The notes: generated by a model not told the origin, from the sequence alone. Positions 1-9,536 are shown, counted from the first letter of the stretch. The stretch is 32,000 bases of DNA from Candidatus Kuenenia stuttgartensis (GCF_900232105.1 NZ_LT934425.1:2820001-2852000); one strand, 5' to 3'. Program-made: numbers and translations.

Positions 1-2047
1 CGAATAGCACCACTGCATAGGGTCTTCTTCTTATAGCCTCAGTGAGTCTTCCGCCTTCTTCGTATCCCACATAACCAGGTGGGGCGCCTATAAGCCGTGC
101 AACCGAGTGTTGTTCCATGAATTCAGACATGTCGATACGAACCATTGCATCTTCGTTATCAAACAAAAAGGCCGCCAGCGCCTTGCAAAGCTCCGTTTTC
201 CCAACTCCGGTAGGACCAAGAAACAGGAAGGTACCGATAGGCCGGTTCGGATCCTGGAGTCCGGCGCGTGCACGCCGGATGCCGTTTGACACGGCGGAAA
301 TTGCCTCTTCCTGACCAACTACCCTCTCTTTCAGTCTTTCTTCCATCTTTAATAGTTTTTCCTTTTCACTTTCCAGCATACGTGATACGGGAATTCCAGT
401 CCATTTGGCGACTACCATGGCAATGTCATCCTCACCCACCTCCTCATTCAGGAGGGATTTGGATTTTTGCAGTTCCTGTAATTCAAGGTGCTTTTCCTTT
501 AATTTTCTTTCACATTCAATAATACGTCCATAGCGTATCTCAGCAACCTTTTCTAAATTTCCCTCCCTTTGGGCTGCTTGCTCCTCAATGCGCGCCTGGT
601 CAATCTTTGCGTTAATGTCCTGTATTTCCTTGATAACCTTCTTTTCGTTTTCCCAGTGTGCCCGGAAAGCCCTGGATTCTTCTTTCAGGTCGGATAATTG
701 TCTTTCAATTTTCTCTATGCGTTGTTTAGAAGCTTCGTCTTTTTCTTTTTTTAAAGCCTCTTTTTCTATTTCCAATTGCAGGATCTTACGCTCTATCTCA
801 TCAAGCTCAACAGGCATGCTGTCGATTTCTATCCTTAATTTTGACGCAGCTTCATCGATAAGATCTATTGCCTTGTCGGGCAGAAACCTGTCCGATATGT
901 ACCGGCTGGAAAGGGTCGCTGCAGCAATAATCGCTGAGTCTGTTATGCGCACTCCGTGATGCACTTCGTATCGTTCTTTTAGTCCGCGCAGGATTGCGAT
1001 AGTGTCTTCAACGGTAGGTTCTCTCACATATACTTGCTGGAACCGTCGTTCCAGGGCGGCGTCTTTTTCAATGTATTTTCTGTATTCATCAAGAGTGGTG
1101 GCGCCCACGCAACGCAGTTCTCCACGCGCCAATGCCGGTTTTAGGAGGTTGGAAGCGTCCATTGCCCCTTCTGCGGCTCCTGCCCCAACCACGGTGTGCA
1201 ATTCATCGATGAAAAGTATTATCTGCCCTTCCTTCTCGCTTATCTCTTTAAGAACCGCCTTAAGACGGTCTTCAAACTCCCCACGGTATTTTGCGCCGGC
1301 AATAAGCGCACCCATATCGAGCGACATTACCCGTTTGTTTTTTAAGCTTTCAGGGATATCTCCGTTTACAATGCGCTGGGCAAGCCCTTCGACGATAGCG
1401 GTTTTTCCCACGCCTGGCTCGCCGATGAGAACGGGATTATTTTTTGTCCTTCGTGACAATACCTGTATTACCCTGCGAATTTCGTCATCACGGCCAATAA
1501 CGGGGTCAAGCTTTCCTCTTTGTGCCAGAGCAACCAGATCTTTACTGTATCGTTCAAGTGCACGGTACTTGTCTTCGGGAGTCTGGTCGGTGACTCTCTG
1601 GCTGCCCCGGATTTCTTTTAAAGCCTTGAGAATATTTTCCCGGTCAATGCCTGCCTCGTTTAATATTTTGCATGCGGAGGTATTTTTTTGCCGTGCCAGC
1701 GCCAGCAGCATATGTTCGGTGCTTAGGTATTCGTCCTTCAGCTTGCCGGCTTCTTCCCATGCAAAGTTTATCATATCGCGCAGTTCCGCACTCACATATG
1801 CCTGCCCCGGCGCTCCTGAGCCGCTTATTTGCGGAAGCTTGTTAACGGCCTCCATTGTTTTATCAAGAACAATATTTGCATCCACACCTAATTTTTGCAG
1901 GAGAGGAACTACGATGCCCTGCTCCTGCGTCAATAAAACCTCCAATACGTGCGCCGAAAGGATTTGCTGCTGCCTCTTTGATTCGGCTAATTCCTGAGCT
2001 TCCTGTATGGCTTCCTGCGCTTTTATGGTAAACTTATCAAGTCTCAT
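1..2047 (-). CDS. clpB: ATP-dependent chaperone ClpB (Hsp100), partial: C-terminus runs off the left window edge
   Basis: Read manually on the minus strand (absent from the ORF track because it is open at the edge). Starts [27 protein letters not shown] at 2047 and continues with [22 protein letters not shown] (Walker A, NBD1), a middle coiled coil, [18 protein letters not shown] and [15 protein letters not shown] (Walker A, NBD2). Confidence 0.96.
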   Translation of the reverse strand, partial: MRLDKFTIKAQEAIQEAQELAESKRQQQILSAHVLEVLLTQEQGIVVPLLQKLGVDANIVLDKTMEAVNKLPQISGSGAPGQAYVSAELRDMINFAWEEAGKLKDEYLSTEHMLLALARQKNTSACKILNEAGIDRENILKALKEIRGSQRVTDQTPEDKYRALERYSKDLVALAQRGKLDPVIGRDDEIRRVIQVLSRRTKNNPVLIGEPGVGKTAIVEGLAQRIVNGDIPESLKNKRVMSLDMGALIAGAKYRGEFEDRLKAVLKEISEKEGQIILFIDELHTVVGAGAAEGAMDASNLLKPALARGELRCVGATTLDEYRKYIEKDAALERRFQQVYVREPTVEDTIAILRGLKERYEVHHGVRITDSAIIAAATLSSRYISDRFLPDKAIDLIDEAASKLRIEIDSMPVELDEIERKILQLEIEKEALKKEKDEASKQRIEKIERQLSDLKEESRAFRAHWENEKKVIKEIQDINAKIDQARIEEQAAQREGNLEKVAEIRYGRIIECERKLKEKHLELQELQKSKSLLNEEVGEDDIAMVVAKWTGIPVSRMLESEKEKLLKMEERLKERVVGQEEAISAVSNGIRRARAGLQDPNRPIGTFLFLGPTGVGKTELCKALAAFLFDNEDAMVRIDMSEFMEQHSVARLIGAPPGYVGYEEGGRLTEAIRRRPYAVVLF

Positions 2048-2278
2048 AGTCTTCCTTTCAAAAGGTTAATTCTCACATAATGTTATTAAATAAGAATTCG
2101 TATGGTACAACCCTTCTTCCCTAACACGGCATAGCCGGAACCAAACAAGCGCGAAACAAATTCTAAAATACAAAATAACAATGAAAAAAACCGGGTTTTG
2201 AATATTTAAAAATTGAAATTTAGAATTTGTTTCGTATTTCGTGCTTTCACAAAGGGTTATAGATGGTGGACAATTCTT

Positions 2279-3064
2279 TTATAACACGTCGGACATGGTG
2301 TACATGCCGGGGGGTTTTTTTGCAATAATCTTTGCCGTATAAACTGCGCCCCGCGCAAACGTATCTCTTGTGTGTGCCTTATGGGTAATCTCTAATCGTT
2401 CTCCAAGCCCGCCAAAAACTACCGTATGGTCGCCAATGACGTCTCCGCTCCTGACTGCGTGTATGCCTATTTGGTTTGAAGGGCGTTCACCGATGATCCC
2501 CTGGCGGCCATAGATAATGTTTTTTTCTTTATCCAGTCCGGTTGCATCGCATATTTTTTCTGCCAGTCTCAGCGCTGTACCGCTAGGGGAATCTTTTTTA
2601 TGTCTGTGGTGTGTTTCAATAATTTCAATGTCAAAATCTTTGCCCAGCATTTTTGCCATTTGGGCGGCAACCGAAAACATTACGTTTACCCCCAGGCTCA
2701 TGTTTGGCGAAATCAGGCAGGGGATTTTTTTTGATATTTCCAGCAATTTTTCATGATGCAGGGGGGTTAGTCCGGTAGTGCCAGTTACAAGTGCAACGTT
2801 TTTTTTCGCGCAGCATTCCGCAATATTGACGGCAGATTCAGGCGATGAAAAATCTATCAGCACATCTGTAGGATTTTCCATCGCAGTTGAAATTTTCAGC
2901 CCTGATTCTCCAAAACCGGCCACCAGCCCAATGTCTTTGCCAATGGACACATGCCCCGGGTGTTCCAGCGCCGCAGTTAAATCAGATGCTTTATCTTCGA
3001 GGATAAGGGCACAAATCCTTGTTCCCATTCTGCCGCATGCGCCATTTACCGCAATCTTAATCAA
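2279..3064 (-). CDS. dapB: 4-hydroxy-tetrahydrodipicolinate reductase
   Basis: IKIAVNGACGRMG (nucleotide-binding GxxGxMG), EIIETHHRHKKDSPSGTAL (DapB active-site signature). ORF is open from 3121, but a TTG start at 3064 has an SD-like AAAAGGAA upstream and overlaps the rhomboid stop (TTGA). Confidence 0.93.
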   Translation of the reverse strand: MIKIAVNGACGRMGTRICALILEDKASDLTAALEHPGHVSIGKDIGLVAGFGESGLKISTAMENPTDVLIDFSSPESAVNIAECCAKKNVALVTGTTGLTPLHHEKLLEISKKIPCLISPNMSLGVNVMFSVAAQMAKMLGKDFDIEIIETHHRHKKDSPSGTALRLAEKICDATGLDKEKNIIYGRQGIIGERPSNQIGIHAVRSGDVIGDHTVVFGGLGERLEITHKAHTRDTFARGAVYTAKIIAKKPPGMYTMSDVL

Positions 3065-3927
3065 TGTTTGTTCCTTTTGTATTTTTTGCTGGCGGTCTTG
3101 AGGATGTTTCTTTCCCGCCATGTTAAATTATGCAACCCTTCACGATTCACCTTGTCAAGGATTTCATCCACCTTTTCACGCAACTCCATGTCTTTTCTCA
3201 GTTCTTTTTCCTGTTGAAGTATTTGGCATCGTTTTAAATAATCAACAACACGGTTTGAGTACCGTACGAACAAAAACCCGTACACAAGTCCCCCCAGATG
3301 GGCAAAATGCGCAATATTGCCTCCCCTCGGTGTAATACAATTAAATACCGTAATAGAGGCAAATATCATTACCAGATACTTTGCCCTGATAGGAAAGAAA
3401 TAGAAAATAACCATGCTATTGGGGAAATACATCGCGAAGGCGACTTCTATAGCGAAAATTGCACCGGATGCCCCGAGAATAGGAACTTTTGGCGTAAAGA
3501 TACAACAGCATATCCCCGCGAAGATTCCCGCGGTAAAGTAAAGTGTCAGAAATTTTTTTTGACCGAGAACCTTTTCGACCTCGCTGCCAAACATCCAGAG
3601 CACCAGCATATTAAAGATCAAGTGCCAAGGGTCTGTTGTACTATGCAAAAACATATACGAAAAAAACTGCCAGAACCACAAATTCCCTATAGCGTCCGGC
3701 GGATAGAGCCAGAACATTTTTGTGAATTTATCTGAAGCGGGATAATGCCACGGCAGGGCTGGAGCCTCTGATAATGAGTTAACCGGAAGGGGGGGTAACT
3801 GGGGGCTTATCGTGGAAAATAGTAATTGGAACATGAACACCCCGACATTGGCGATGATTAGCATCATAACCAGGCGGGTCCATTTGCTGCCAATATTTAA
3901 TCCGAAAGGGTTTCTCCTGTAATACAT
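3061..3927 (-). CDS. Rhomboid-family intramembrane serine protease
   Basis: Multiple hydrophobic segments, GASGAIFAI (GxSG catalytic Ser) and HFAHLGGLVYG (catalytic His), HSTTDPWHLIFNMLVLWMFG. Confidence 0.92.
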   Translation of the reverse strand: MYYRRNPFGLNIGSKWTRLVMMLIIANVGVFMFQLLFSTISPQLPPLPVNSLSEAPALPWHYPASDKFTKMFWLYPPDAIGNLWFWQFFSYMFLHSTTDPWHLIFNMLVLWMFGSEVEKVLGQKKFLTLYFTAGIFAGICCCIFTPKVPILGASGAIFAIEVAFAMYFPNSMVIFYFFPIRAKYLVMIFASITVFNCITPRGGNIAHFAHLGGLVYGFLFVRYSNRVVDYLKRCQILQQEKELRKDMELREKVDEILDKVNREGLHNLTWRERNILKTASKKYKRNKH

Positions 3928-4297
3928 TACGCCCGATCTCTCATAAAACGTTAAACGAAGTTAATTAAATTATAGTAAGCCCTATCCTGAAAAAAGTCAA
4001 GAATTGATGTCCGTTACAGGACAATGCCAAAGACGTCTGAAAACGTATCTGCTTGCATGGAAAGCACGATATAAAAAATACGAAATTCGAAGTACGAAAT
4101 ACGAAACAAATCCAAAACATACAACAATATGAAGCACGAAATGCGAGATACGAAAAAGGCGTTTGTTTAGAATTTCAAATCATTTCGTCATTAGAATTTG
4201 TTTCGGATTTCACCAGTAAATATTTTGCCAAAAAGTGCAAAGAAATTACTTATAAGGTACTAAACGTTTAAATCAGGTCTTTGATGGCTTATGCCTG

Positions 4298-5893
4298 TTA
4301 AGATTTATTATATGCAAAAAGTTTTTGGTAAATACATATGCCAACGATAAGAAGTATGCCATTCGCACCCCATAAAACAGGCACAACGGGCAATAATGTA
4401 TCATCTGCAAGTACTGAACCTGTTACCATCAGGGGGTAATAGATAAACAAGATAATCATAAAACTTACTCCAAACCCTATTATAAGGTGAGAGCTACGCA
4501 ACTTAATGCCCAATGGAATGCCAATAACAATAAAACTTAAACACGAAAGTGCCTGTGAGATTCTTTTGTGTATGGAAATATCGTTTTTGCGTCTTAATTT
4601 CTTTTTTGACGCTAACGTCAGGTCGCTTTCAAAGCTTGTAATTTTCCTCAACAAAACAGATATGTTCTTTTCTGTCTCTTCAAGCGATTTTGTGAGTGTG
4701 GCTATGTTATTTGTTTCACTATTTTGTATCTCACGTGTTTCAATCATTCTTTGTGATATAACGCTAATCCGCTGTTTTTCTCTTTCTATAGTCTCTTTTA
4801 TTTCCATTAATTTTAAATCGATATCATCAGCGATGTAATATCCGGCTTTATTTTCCCTTTTTAACTGCATAAGATTTTCGGTTGCGACAAGTATATAATT
4901 ATTTGCCAGTTTACTCTCGTTTGCCAGTCCATCAATCTTTGATTTCTGCCGTTCCAGATTTTGTTTTGATTTTTTTAATTCGGATTCAAGGTGTTTTTGC
5001 TTTTTATTTAATTGCTGCAACTGGTTTTGGTGTTCAGCAAGTTTTCTTGATGCTTCAACCCGTGCCTCTTCAAAATTGTCGGGAATTTCTTTGCTGTTTG
5101 CAAGTTCCCTGTCAATTTCATTGTTGTATTTAAAGAGCTGGAATATCGTCATATGCTTGGTGGAAAAGTCGGCCTTGTCTTTTCCCATGGGAATTTCAAA
5201 TGTGGTCTCCGTAAACACGCCTAAACGCGGAACCTCTTCGGCTTTTTTGTAGTTTGGTTTGATAAATTCCCCCTTGCGCAGCGTAAGGAAGATTGTGTTT
5301 TTTTCGTTATTCACCTCGATACTGCCTTCTTCCGCAAAGATGATATCCGTAACATAATCATCCGCATACTGAATAACGGTGACGTCTTTGTTGATGTTGT
5401 CTACTACATTTCCAATGTATATTTGATACGGCTCCATGAGTACTTTTTTCTGGAAGGTTGCTAATCTGCCGGCGAGGATATTGTTTATCGCCCTTTCTTG
5501 TAATAATTTTATCTGGTAAAGGGATCTTGGCAAAATTTCCGCCGATAGCACCAGCGTAAAAAAACTGAAAATAATGCCTATTACCAAAACCGGAGTAATT
5601 ATCTTCCGTAAATGGATGCCGCTTGCTTGTATGGCGATAATTTCTCTGTCGGCGCTCAATCTTCCATACGTTAAGGTAGTGGCGGTAAGCAGTGCCGAAG
5701 GAATGGAATAAGGCGCCACCTGGATAAACATATGAGGGATGAGAGCTTTTAGGGCTATAATATCAAGCCCTTTGTGTAATATCTGAATTACAAACCCTAA
5801 GAACATTAGGATTTCAAAGCACAAAAAAGAAGGCCAGAATGTTTGAAACCATTCTCGTATAACGTAGCGTTGTAATATATTATTAGCAAACAT
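4298..5893 (-). CDS. LptF/LptG (YjgP/YjgQ)-family LPS export permease with a coiled-coil insertion
   Basis: N-terminal TM block (SADREIIAIQASGIHLRKIITPVL) and C-terminal block (HKRISQALSCLSFIVIGIPLGIKL) typical of LptF/G. ORF is open to 6034, but the first 47 codons lie partly in a repeat element; M48 (5893) is the likely start. Confidence 0.85.
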   Translation of the reverse strand: MFANNILQRYVIREWFQTFWPSFLCFEILMFLGFVIQILHKGLDIIALKALIPHMFIQVAPYSIPSALLTATTLTYGRLSADREIIAIQASGIHLRKIITPVLVIGIIFSFFTLVLSAEILPRSLYQIKLLQERAINNILAGRLATFQKKVLMEPYQIYIGNVVDNINKDVTVIQYADDYVTDIIFAEEGSIEVNNEKNTIFLTLRKGEFIKPNYKKAEEVPRLGVFTETTFEIPMGKDKADFSTKHMTIFQLFKYNNEIDRELANSKEIPDNFEEARVEASRKLAEHQNQLQQLNKKQKHLESELKKSKQNLERQKSKIDGLANESKLANNYILVATENLMQLKRENKAGYYIADDIDLKLMEIKETIEREKQRISVISQRMIETREIQNSETNNIATLTKSLEETEKNISVLLRKITSFESDLTLASKKKLRRKNDISIHKRISQALSCLSFIVIGIPLGIKLRSSHLIIGFGVSFMIILFIYYPLMVTGSVLADDTLLPVVPVLWGANGILLIVGICIYQKLFAYNKS

Positions 5894-5938
5894 TTTATGT
5901 ATTTCTATTCTTGTGCCGGTTCTAAATGGATTGTTTTT

Positions 5939-6100
5939 GTAACAATTTAGTATTTTGAAAAATTCCAACAATGTAGTTCGACGAGGTTCGTCGCACCAAA
6001 AAGAGTTGTGCGATGGTGAATAGGGTTTACTCAAGACAATGCGACGAACCTCGCCGAACTACATATGACTATTTCCAGCTTCAAAATACTAAAGTGTTAC
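5939..6100. mobile_element. MITE-like element A (162 bp), related to element B at 10649-10923
   Basis: Arms GTAACAATTTAGTATTTTGAAAAATTCCAACAATGTAGTTCGACGAGGTTCGTCGCA and (rc) GTAACACTTTAGTATTTTGAAGCTGGAAATAGTCATATGTAGTTCGGCGAGGTTCGTCGCA. Confidence 0.75.
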
Positions 6101-6453
6101 ATTTTTTTTAATTTTATCAGCAATCGCAATGCTTTCAATCGATTTTAATTGTTTTATGTTTTCGCTATATCGTTTCGGCTAATCTGAGGTTAGATCTCAG
6201 TCCATTACTCTCTAAGATAGGAGGAAAGGCTTATTCCGTCGATATGAAAATAAAATTACGGTAAATGCCTTGACGTGTATTTTTATTCTTCGTGAAAATT
6301 TATTCGAAAACCTTCAGGAGTGCCGTTGCTAAAAAGAAATAATAGCATTCTCTTGTCACTACATCCGGGAAAAGGGGGAAGATTGCGGGTTTTCAGAGAG
6401 GGGTGGAGGATGTTTTGTAGATTTGCTGCAATTCCGGAAAGGGGTAATTTATT

Positions 6454-7437
6454 TCATGCCTCTTTGTGCCCGGCCACTGTTTTTGTTTTTTCCTGCAGGT
6501 GAATTAGCTTGTTAATGGTATCAATAACCGGTTCAGAAGAATTTTGGAATTTAGCAATGGGATTAACGATTGCAAGCCCTTTATAGTAGGTGACGAGCCC
6601 TTCCGCAACCTCGGTCAAAATCTTGTTAAACGAATTCCGCTTCTTTGCCCTCGCGAGTTTTACCTCAGGGCCTTTATCCCCGGTAATAGGTATCCTCTCA
6701 TAATTTCCAAAGTCCATACGCAACACATTAATCATACCACCCTGTCCTGACAATTGGTTTACGATTTCGGCGGAAGGCAGCGAGGCGATATATGCTAAAG
6801 GATAGGTGTAGTCTTTATATTTCCCCTTTTCAACATAAGAATCGCTCCGGATGCCCAGGCTTTTAAAATAAGCCTGTACCTTTGCGAAACACGACTTATT
6901 TACCCGGAGTTCGTCTACCTGTTGTATTTGTTTATTCAGGGATTTTGGCCTTCCCAGTACAATGGCGCTTGCTATAATCTCATTCTGCTGATACGTTCTT
7001 ATATCAATCTGGATGTTGTTATCATTAATAAACTGCCAGAGGAACAGACTACAGGTTTTCGCGCCATAAAAGGCGGAACGGGTAAATTTAATGTTAACGG
7101 AAGATATCTCCATATCCGCAAAAAGGATTTCCAGGGGAAGAATTATTTTGGAGACCGTCATTGCGCCAGGAACAATATTTCCCTTCCTGTGGATGAGATT
7201 TTTATCATTTGTGACGTCAACAAAAAGCTCACCGTCTTTTTTCGCAATTTGGTATTCATGTTTGATTAAAAACTTTCCCCAAACCAGCATCTGGGGATCG
7301 TTCGCATTGTCTTTCTTTAATTCAAGATTAGGATGTGGGGTCCGGGCTTTTGCATCCCTAAAGATTATTGTATCCGACAAAAAACCTTCAGTGCGGTTTA
7401 ATGGAATTTTGAGAATAGGAGCGCCTGTTCTGTTCAT
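6454..7437 (-). CDS. Hypothetical protein with probable N-terminal hot-dog fold (MaoC/dehydratase-like)
   Basis: 327 aa ORF; segment VTNDKNLIHRKGNIVPGAMTVSKIILPLE followed by VNIKFTRSAFYGAK and IRTYQQNEIIASAIVLG resembles MaoC-like hot-dog proteins. Motif resemblance only. Confidence 0.5.
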   Translation of the reverse strand: MNRTGAPILKIPLNRTEGFLSDTIIFRDAKARTPHPNLELKKDNANDPQMLVWGKFLIKHEYQIAKKDGELFVDVTNDKNLIHRKGNIVPGAMTVSKIILPLEILFADMEISSVNIKFTRSAFYGAKTCSLFLWQFINDNNIQIDIRTYQQNEIIASAIVLGRPKSLNKQIQQVDELRVNKSCFAKVQAYFKSLGIRSDSYVEKGKYKDYTYPLAYIASLPSAEIVNQLSGQGGMINVLRMDFGNYERIPITGDKGPEVKLARAKKRNSFNKILTEVAEGLVTYYKGLAIVNPIAKFQNSSEPVIDTINKLIHLQEKTKTVAGHKEA

Positions 7438-7768
7438 CTGTTAGTCCAGCAATTCTTCTTATTCTGTAACCGTTGCTTGCCTGTCAAGCCCGCCTTAACA
7501 CGAATAATAATGGGTAGTTAAAGACGCAAGATTTTACTGTTGAAAATGGAAATTTTCTGTTGCTGCGAGGAAAATATCTGTTGATTCAAGTATGGTTCAT
7601 TTCGCAAAATCTCAACTTATTGGATTCTATAATGTCATGTTTTCCCTGTCAAGCATATAAAAATTAATTTTCCATTATACTACCGTAGTAGTAGGCAATC
7701 TACAATCTACAATCGGCAAATTGCTGATTGAGGAGTGGAGACTGGGGACTGCCAATTTTAATTTGGGG

Positions 7769-8992
7769 TCAGTTTAAATACTTAATCTCCCCATTGCTTT
7801 TCCCATGGACCCCTTTGCGAATAACCAGATTTTTTCCATGGTTGATCCCGGAGGCATAGGCTTCATGGCAGCTTGTTGAATATCGGTGAGAAGTACGCGA
7901 GCGCCTTGGGTTTCTTCTGAAGAAAAACTCTTTAAGCCTGGGATCTCCCTTCCAAACAAGTTTATTTGAATGGCTGGTAACGGCCCGGTTTTCCAGTTTA
8001 GTGTAAAAACCTTCCAGGAGGCCGTAGATGAAGGTTCTCCTGTGTTTGTTACCGTCGATTTTTTTTTGTTCTTTATAGTCTGTCCACAATAATTCGGAGA
8101 TGTTTTGAAGGTAATTATACACATACTCAGCCATCTCCACATTTTCCGGCAGTCCATAAATTTCCAGCGCCCTGCCATTTTTATTTTCATGCTGTTCGTA
8201 CCCGAATTTCCAAATGGCTTCTACGAAAAAAAATTTACAGAGTATGGAACAGATTAATGATTTGATAGCATCCCTATTCCCTATATTCCCGATTTGTTTG
8301 TAAACGTAATGCCGCCCGGCATGCGCATCCAATAATGACAGGTTGTGTTTTAACAGTAGTTCGTGTGCCTTTGCCATTGCCAATTGCGCCTCATGTTCAT
8401 TTTTGCTCTGGGCTAATGCCAAAAGCTTGTGTACCTTGTCAAGTATGGTGTGGTTGCCTGATTGTGCAGAAAAGCTGTTCCTCTTTCTTTCCATCCACGT
8501 ATGAATATCTCCGGTGGCAGAGGAATCAATACCATTTTCCCGGCAAATACTCTTAAATATTTCACCATGGGGTAAATCATCCCGTATTCCCAGAATTTCA
8601 TCCACATACTGATGTGCCATTTCGTGATAAAGCACCTCCTGGACATATTCCCACGGATAGGACTGGATCAGGAAAATGCTGATAGAGAGTCGCCGCCAAT
8701 GCCCTCCCTTCCAATTCCCCAGCATTCGGTCCGCACCCGAAAGTTCAAAGTGAGGGGGACGCATGGAATTTTTGAAATAATGGTAATTCGCGGTTTTCCA
8801 GTCCTCTTTCAACTGCATTATCCATGCCGTTTTTAAGGTGTTGTCAATCGTTTCTCTATTTTTATCCATTTTCATTTGCGAAGCGTATTCATTTATCATT
8901 AGTACGAAAAGAGGAAAAAAGCATAACAGATATATTTGTATAAATAAAAAGAATTTTTGCTGAAATGGGACAACATCACGCGCACGGTACAC
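7769..8992 (-). CDS. SprT-like zinc metallopeptidase domain fused to DUF2786
   Basis: QEVLYHEMAHQYVDEI (HExxH) followed by HKLLALAQSKNEHEAQLAMAKAHELLLKHNL (DUF2786-type motif). True start may be internal. Confidence 0.75.
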   Translation of the reverse strand: MYRARDVVPFQQKFFLFIQIYLLCFFPLFVLMINEYASQMKMDKNRETIDNTLKTAWIMQLKEDWKTANYHYFKNSMRPPHFELSGADRMLGNWKGGHWRRLSISIFLIQSYPWEYVQEVLYHEMAHQYVDEILGIRDDLPHGEIFKSICRENGIDSSATGDIHTWMERKRNSFSAQSGNHTILDKVHKLLALAQSKNEHEAQLAMAKAHELLLKHNLSLLDAHAGRHYVYKQIGNIGNRDAIKSLICSILCKFFFVEAIWKFGYEQHENKNGRALEIYGLPENVEMAEYVYNYLQNISELLWTDYKEQKKIDGNKHRRTFIYGLLEGFYTKLENRAVTSHSNKLVWKGDPRLKEFFFRRNPRRSRTSHRYSTSCHEAYASGINHGKNLVIRKGVHGKSNGEIKYLN

Positions 8993-9051
8993 TTTCAGTT
9001 AAGCAATGAGCCGTACGGAGAGGATGGCACTTGATACGTGTTCTAAGCCCA

Positions 9052-9087
9052 CTAAATTCCCATGTAGTGCGACGAGGTTAGTTGCAA
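9052..9087 (+). repeat. Possible degenerate arm of the element found at 5939-6100
   Basis: AAATTCCcatgtagtgcgacgaggttagttgca resembles AAATTCCaacaatgtagttcgacgaggttcgtcgca at 5960-5994. Confidence 0.35.
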
Positions 9088-9265
9088 TACAAATGACAAT
9101 TTCGTTGTATATCCATACAAATGACCTTTCTTTATAATATTGAAATTAAAACATTTTGCCCATTCAACCATCAAAGAGGAAAACGCGCAAGCAGAATTTT
9201 TGTAGCAGAAAGGCTTTCTCGTTTTAGCAATTTTTTTTATCAGTAGAGAATGGTTTAAATTTTCC

Positions 9266-9523
9266 TTACTTCTTTATTACCCATACCGGTAATTCTAAAA
9301 GCGCTATACCAAAAACATGGACGGCCAAGAAATAGATAAGCGCTGTTATCAATACTACGCCGAATAGGTTAAGTACAAGGCCGGTTTTATCCAGCATTGG
9401 TATTGTGACCTGGTCACTGCTGAAAATAATGGCTTTGGGCTATGTTGCAACCGGAAGCATGAACGCACAAGATGCAGAAAGTGTTGCGGGGAGCATTAAA
9501 GCAAAGGGATGTATATTAAGCGT
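9266..9523 (-). pseudogene. C-terminal remnant of a DASS/SLC13-family sodium:dicarboxylate/sulfate symporter
   Basis: Manual minus-strand translation, 86 codons: TLNIHPFALMLPATLSASCAFMLPVAT*PKAIIFSSDQVTIPMLDKTGLVLNLFGVVLITALIYFLAVHVFGIALLELPVWVIKK*. SCAFMLPVAT-P-A-I-F is a family hallmark; there is an in-frame TAG in it and a TGA just upstream, with no 5' portion. Confidence 0.8.
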
Positions 9524-9536
9524 TCATGGAAAATAG

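Noticed and set aside
1-2000. Plus-strand ORFs (e.g. 588-959, 1002-1997) over the clpB region
   Set aside because: They are antisense shadows of a clear ClpB reading frame and have no recognisable family sequence.
4053-4271. 72 aa ORF on the plus strand (MHGKHDIKNTKFEVRNTKQIQN...)
   Set aside because: It translates the dispersed ACGAAATACGAAACAAAT-type repeat rather than a gene.
7774-8190. 138 aa minus-strand ORF inside the SprT/DUF2786 gene
   Set aside because: It is an alternate frame entirely within the larger coding region. A frameshifted C-terminus cannot be excluded, but the main frame continues through.
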